Of a DNA stretch of 64,000 bases, positions 60,833-64,000 are shown piece after piece. A program made the translations under genes and the position numbers. The first letter of the stretch is position 1, and every line of letters starts with the position of its first letter. The notes under the pieces are model-generated. The model saw only the letters and a program-made list of their open reading frames with translations. It did not search any database and had not been told where the DNA came from. Origin of the DNA: Octopus sinensis (lineage: Eukaryota); NCBI RefSeq assembly GCF_006345805.1, contig NC_043001.1, positions 98,952,001 through 99,016,000 on the forward strand, read 5' to 3'.

Positions 60833-63785
60833 GACTGGTAGTTAGTGACTTTAGGATCAGGACTAGGAGGACAACCAGAAGACGACCAACATGGAGAAGA
60901 AGGATCTGGAGGCTTAAAGATCCTGCGAATGGACAGAAATTTAGGGACATGCTACTTGAAGCTTTTGACGAAGTAGAAGGGGATAGAGTATCACATGGGG
61001 TAGAAGGCAACTGGACGTTTCTAAGGGACAACCTGCTGAGAGCCACTGACCAGATCTGTGGCTGGTGCAAAGTCCCCTCTCGTCCCAAGGTAATGTGGTG
61101 GTGGAACAGTGTTGTAGACAGGGCTATTAGAGAAAAGAGACAGACTTGGAAGCACCGGAAGAATGGTGGTAGCAGGGAATTGTATCAGACTGCCAAAAGG
61201 GAAAATAGGAGACAGGTCTATCTAGCCAGAGGGGAAGCAGATAAGAAAAAATTGCCAATGTTCTGCACCGTGAGGACCAAAGACTGGAGGTGTTTCGCGT
61301 TGCAAGACAGTGTGTGAGAGAGAATTGTCATGTGGTAGGAGAGAATTGTGTTCGCATGGAAGATGGTTCACTTGCGCTAAATGAGGATGCAAAGAGAGAG
61401 GTTTGGAGACGCCACTATGAAAGGTTGCTGAATAAAGAAAATGAATGAGATAAAGAGAGTCTGCCGAGTTGATAGTTCCTTGGTAGTTAAGGCAATTAGA
61501 AGCATGAAGACAGGGAAAGCCCCAGGCCCATCAGGAATCACTGCAGAGATGCTCAAAATATCTGGTAGTGTCGGCTATAGCCTAGTCACCCGTATAGTTA
61601 ATCAGGTGATACACGAAGGAGTCATACCCAATGACTGGTGTAGCAGCATAATAGTCAACTGCTACAAAGGTAAAGGTGACGCCCTAGATACAAATAATTA
61701 CAGAGGTATCAAGCTGTTGGATCAGGTAATGAAGGTTACGGAGAGGGTCATAGCCCAACTAATTAGAGAGAGAGTTAGTTTAGATGAGATGCAGTTTGGG
61801 TTCATGCCAGAGAAAAGTACCACTGATGCTATATTCCTGGTAAGGCAGCTGCAGGAGAAATACCTAGCCAAAGATAAGCCCCTGTACCTGGCTTTTGTTG
61901 ACATGGAGAAAGCCTTTGACAGGGTCCCCCGATCCCTTATCTGGTGGTCAACGAGGAAACTAGGGATAGATGAATGGTTAGTGAGAGCTGCTAGTAAGGT
62001 GAGGGTTGGCAACGAGTACAGTGAAGAATTCCGGGTAGAGGTAGGGGTCCACCAAGGCTCAGTCCTCAGCCCCCTCCTATTTATCATAGTCCTCCAGGCA
62101 ATAACGGAGGAATTCAAGGCAGGATGCCCTTGGGAGCTCCTCTATGCTGATGACCTTGCTCTAATTGCTGAGTCACTATCAGAACTGGAGGAGAAGTTTC
62201 AGGTGTGGAAGCAAGGATTAGAATCGAAGGGCCTTAGAGTCAATCTAGCTAAAACCAAAGTCGTAATAAGTAGGAAGGTAGACAAATCACAAACGCCTTC
62301 AGGTAGATGGCCCTGCTCGATCTGTAGAAAAGGTGTAGGTAGAAACTCTATAAGATGCACCAAGTGTAAGCTATGGACACATAAGAGGTGCAGCAATGTC
62401 AAAGGAAGGCTAACTAGGAAGATGGTTTTTGTATGTGGCAGACGCTCAGGAACAATAAACACTGAAAATGCTCTGAGACCAACTTCTGTCACTTTCCAGG
62501 GAGAAAAACTAGAAATAGTTGATAGCTTCCATTACCTAGGTGACCAAGTCAGCAGCGGGGGCGGGTGTGCTGAAAGTGTAACTGCTAGAGTAAGAATAGC
62601 TTGGGCAAAGTTCAGAGAGCTCTTACCTCTGCTGGTGACAAAAGGCCTCTTGCTCAGAGTAAAAAGCAGACTGTATGACGCATGTGTACGAACAGCCATG
62701 CTACATGGCAGTGAAACATGGGCCGTGACTGCTGAGGATATGCGTAAGCTCGCAAGAAATGAAGCCAGTATGCTCCGATGGATGTGTAATGTCAGTACTC
62801 ATACTCGACAGAGCGTAAGTACCTTGAGAGAAAAGCTGGACCTAAGAAGCATCAGATGTGGTGTGCAAGAGAGACGTTTGTGCTGGTATGGGCATGTGGC
62901 GTGAATGGATGAAGATAGTTGTGTGAAAAAGTGCCACACCCTAGCGGTTGAGAGAACCTGTGGAAGAGGCAGACCCAGGAAAACCTGGGACGAGGTGGTG
63001 AAGCACGACCTTCGAACTTTAGGTCTCATTGAGGAAATGACTAGAGACCGAGACCTCTGGAAGTATGCTGTGCGCAAGAAGACCCGGCAGGACAAGTGAG
63101 ACCATAACCCATGGCCTTCTACATGGGATGTAGCCAGCCCACTTATGCATACCTTCCCTTCTTGGGACACAAAACTCTACTTGTGAAGACCTGTTGAGGC
63201 AAGTGAGAATCAGAATCGAAATCGATCAATGGAAATTGCAGCTGAGTTACCAGTGCTGGTGGCACGTCAGAGAACCATCCGAATGTGGCCGTTGCCAGTG
63301 CCGCCCCGACTGGCACGTAAAAAGCACCATCCATTCATGACCGTTGCCAGCCTCGCCTGGCCCCCGTGCCGGGGGCACGTAAAAAGCACCGTCCGTTCGT
63401 GGCCATTTGCCAGACTCGTCTGGCACCACCATCCGTTCGTGGCCGCTGGCAGCGCCACCCTGACTGGCCTCATGCCGGTGGCACGTAAAAAGCACCATCC
63501 GTTCGTGGCCGTTGCCAGCCTGGCCTGGCCCCCGTGCCGGTGGCACGTAAAAAGCGCCATCCGTCCGTGGCCATTTGCCAGCTCCGTCTGGCACCTGTGC
63601 GGGTGGCACGTAAAAAGCACCCACTACACTCACGGAGTGGTTGGCGTTAGGAAGGGCATCCAGCCGTAGAAACACTGCCATATCAGACTGGGCCTGATGC
63701 AGCCTTCTGGCTTCACAGACCCCAGTTGAACCGTCCAACCCATGCTAGCATGGAAAGCGGATGCTAAATGATGATGATGATGATA
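60830..63785 (+). mobile_element. RTE-clade LINE, 5'-truncated at the end of the APE endonuclease; ORF2 pseudogenised; RT with internal PHD finger; array-bearing 3' UTR; (GAT)n tail
   Basis: HRLVVSDF (APE end), GKAPGPSGI, NYRGIKLL, QFGF, FVDMEKAFDRV, GVHQGSVLSPLLF, YADD (62143-62154), GLRVNLAKTK, PHD (62314-62445), FHYLGD, RIAWAKF, LHGSETW, GRPRKTWDEV; stop at 63097-63099. Frameshift near 61245, small deletions, and CGA>TGA at 62902. Flanked by (TA)n on both sides. Confidence 0.93.
63253..63622 (+). repeat. Tandem array of seven GC-rich units (48-63 bp) in the LINE 3' UTR
   Basis: Core ggcacgtaaaaagcaccatccgttcgtggccgttgccag recurs at about 63261, 63312, 63374, 63422 (deleted), 63480, 63542 and 63605. 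Confidence 0.93.
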
Positions 63786-64000
63786 TATATATATACATAC
63801 ATATTCATATATATATACACACACACATATATACATATATATACATACACACACACACACACATATAAAGGAATACAAAAAATGGGACAAGAACGCAAAA
63901 CATCCAGACATGATAAAAAAGGGACAAGAAAAAACAAAGATGGGTCATTCAGAGCTTTCTTTCCTCAGTCGAGTTCCAGATTATCTTTGCAATTTCGGCT

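Noticed and set aside
61722-63170. Minus-strand ORFs of 97-131 aa overlapping the LINE (also 45748-46062, 59574-59945, 18864-19163)
   Set aside because: Antisense shadows of the RT or transposase frames with no independent motifs.
63253-63622. CRISPR-array interpretation of the repeat/variable-segment pattern
   Set aside because: Eukaryotic LINE 3' UTR with no cas genes; the variable parts are 6-11 nt, related to each other in a 3-unit period and enclosed in hairpins.
63229-63738. 146-163 aa ORFs over the tandem array
   Set aside because: By-products of a GC-rich repeat; the frames are not preserved in sister copies.

Overview
AT-rich, intron- and repeat-dominated animal genomic DNA; the repeat families look coleoid cephalopod, probably Octopus (inferred from recalled families, not a database search). 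One host gene is supported: a minus-strand hnRNP U/hnRNP U-like 1 family gene. Six coding exons join in frame with GT-AG sites (41063-41301, 23030-23176, 20162-20249, 3022-3142, 2625-2874, 1498-1627). They encode a Pro-rich N-terminus, the RKRxYEE motif and the SPRY domain; the P-loop/RGG part lies left of the window. The ATG exon has an in-frame stop just upstream, so this transcript appears to lack the usual SAP domain. A CpG-retaining stretch at about 50.2-54.8 kb probably holds the promoter. The rest is transposon-derived: two mariner relics (one with a nested SINE), a non-autonomous Helitron, Penelope-like remnants, CR1/L2-like and BovB-like LINE fragments, many tRNA-SINEs and about a dozen pieces of an RTE-clade LINE family. 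The most unusual object is the longest RTE copy (60830-63785). It has a PHD-type C4HC3 finger inserted inside the reverse transcriptase domain and a 3' UTR array of hairpin units with variable loops, and its 3' tail is shared by several unrelated element bodies. No intact transposase or LINE ORF, tRNA gene, rRNA or CRISPR array is supported.
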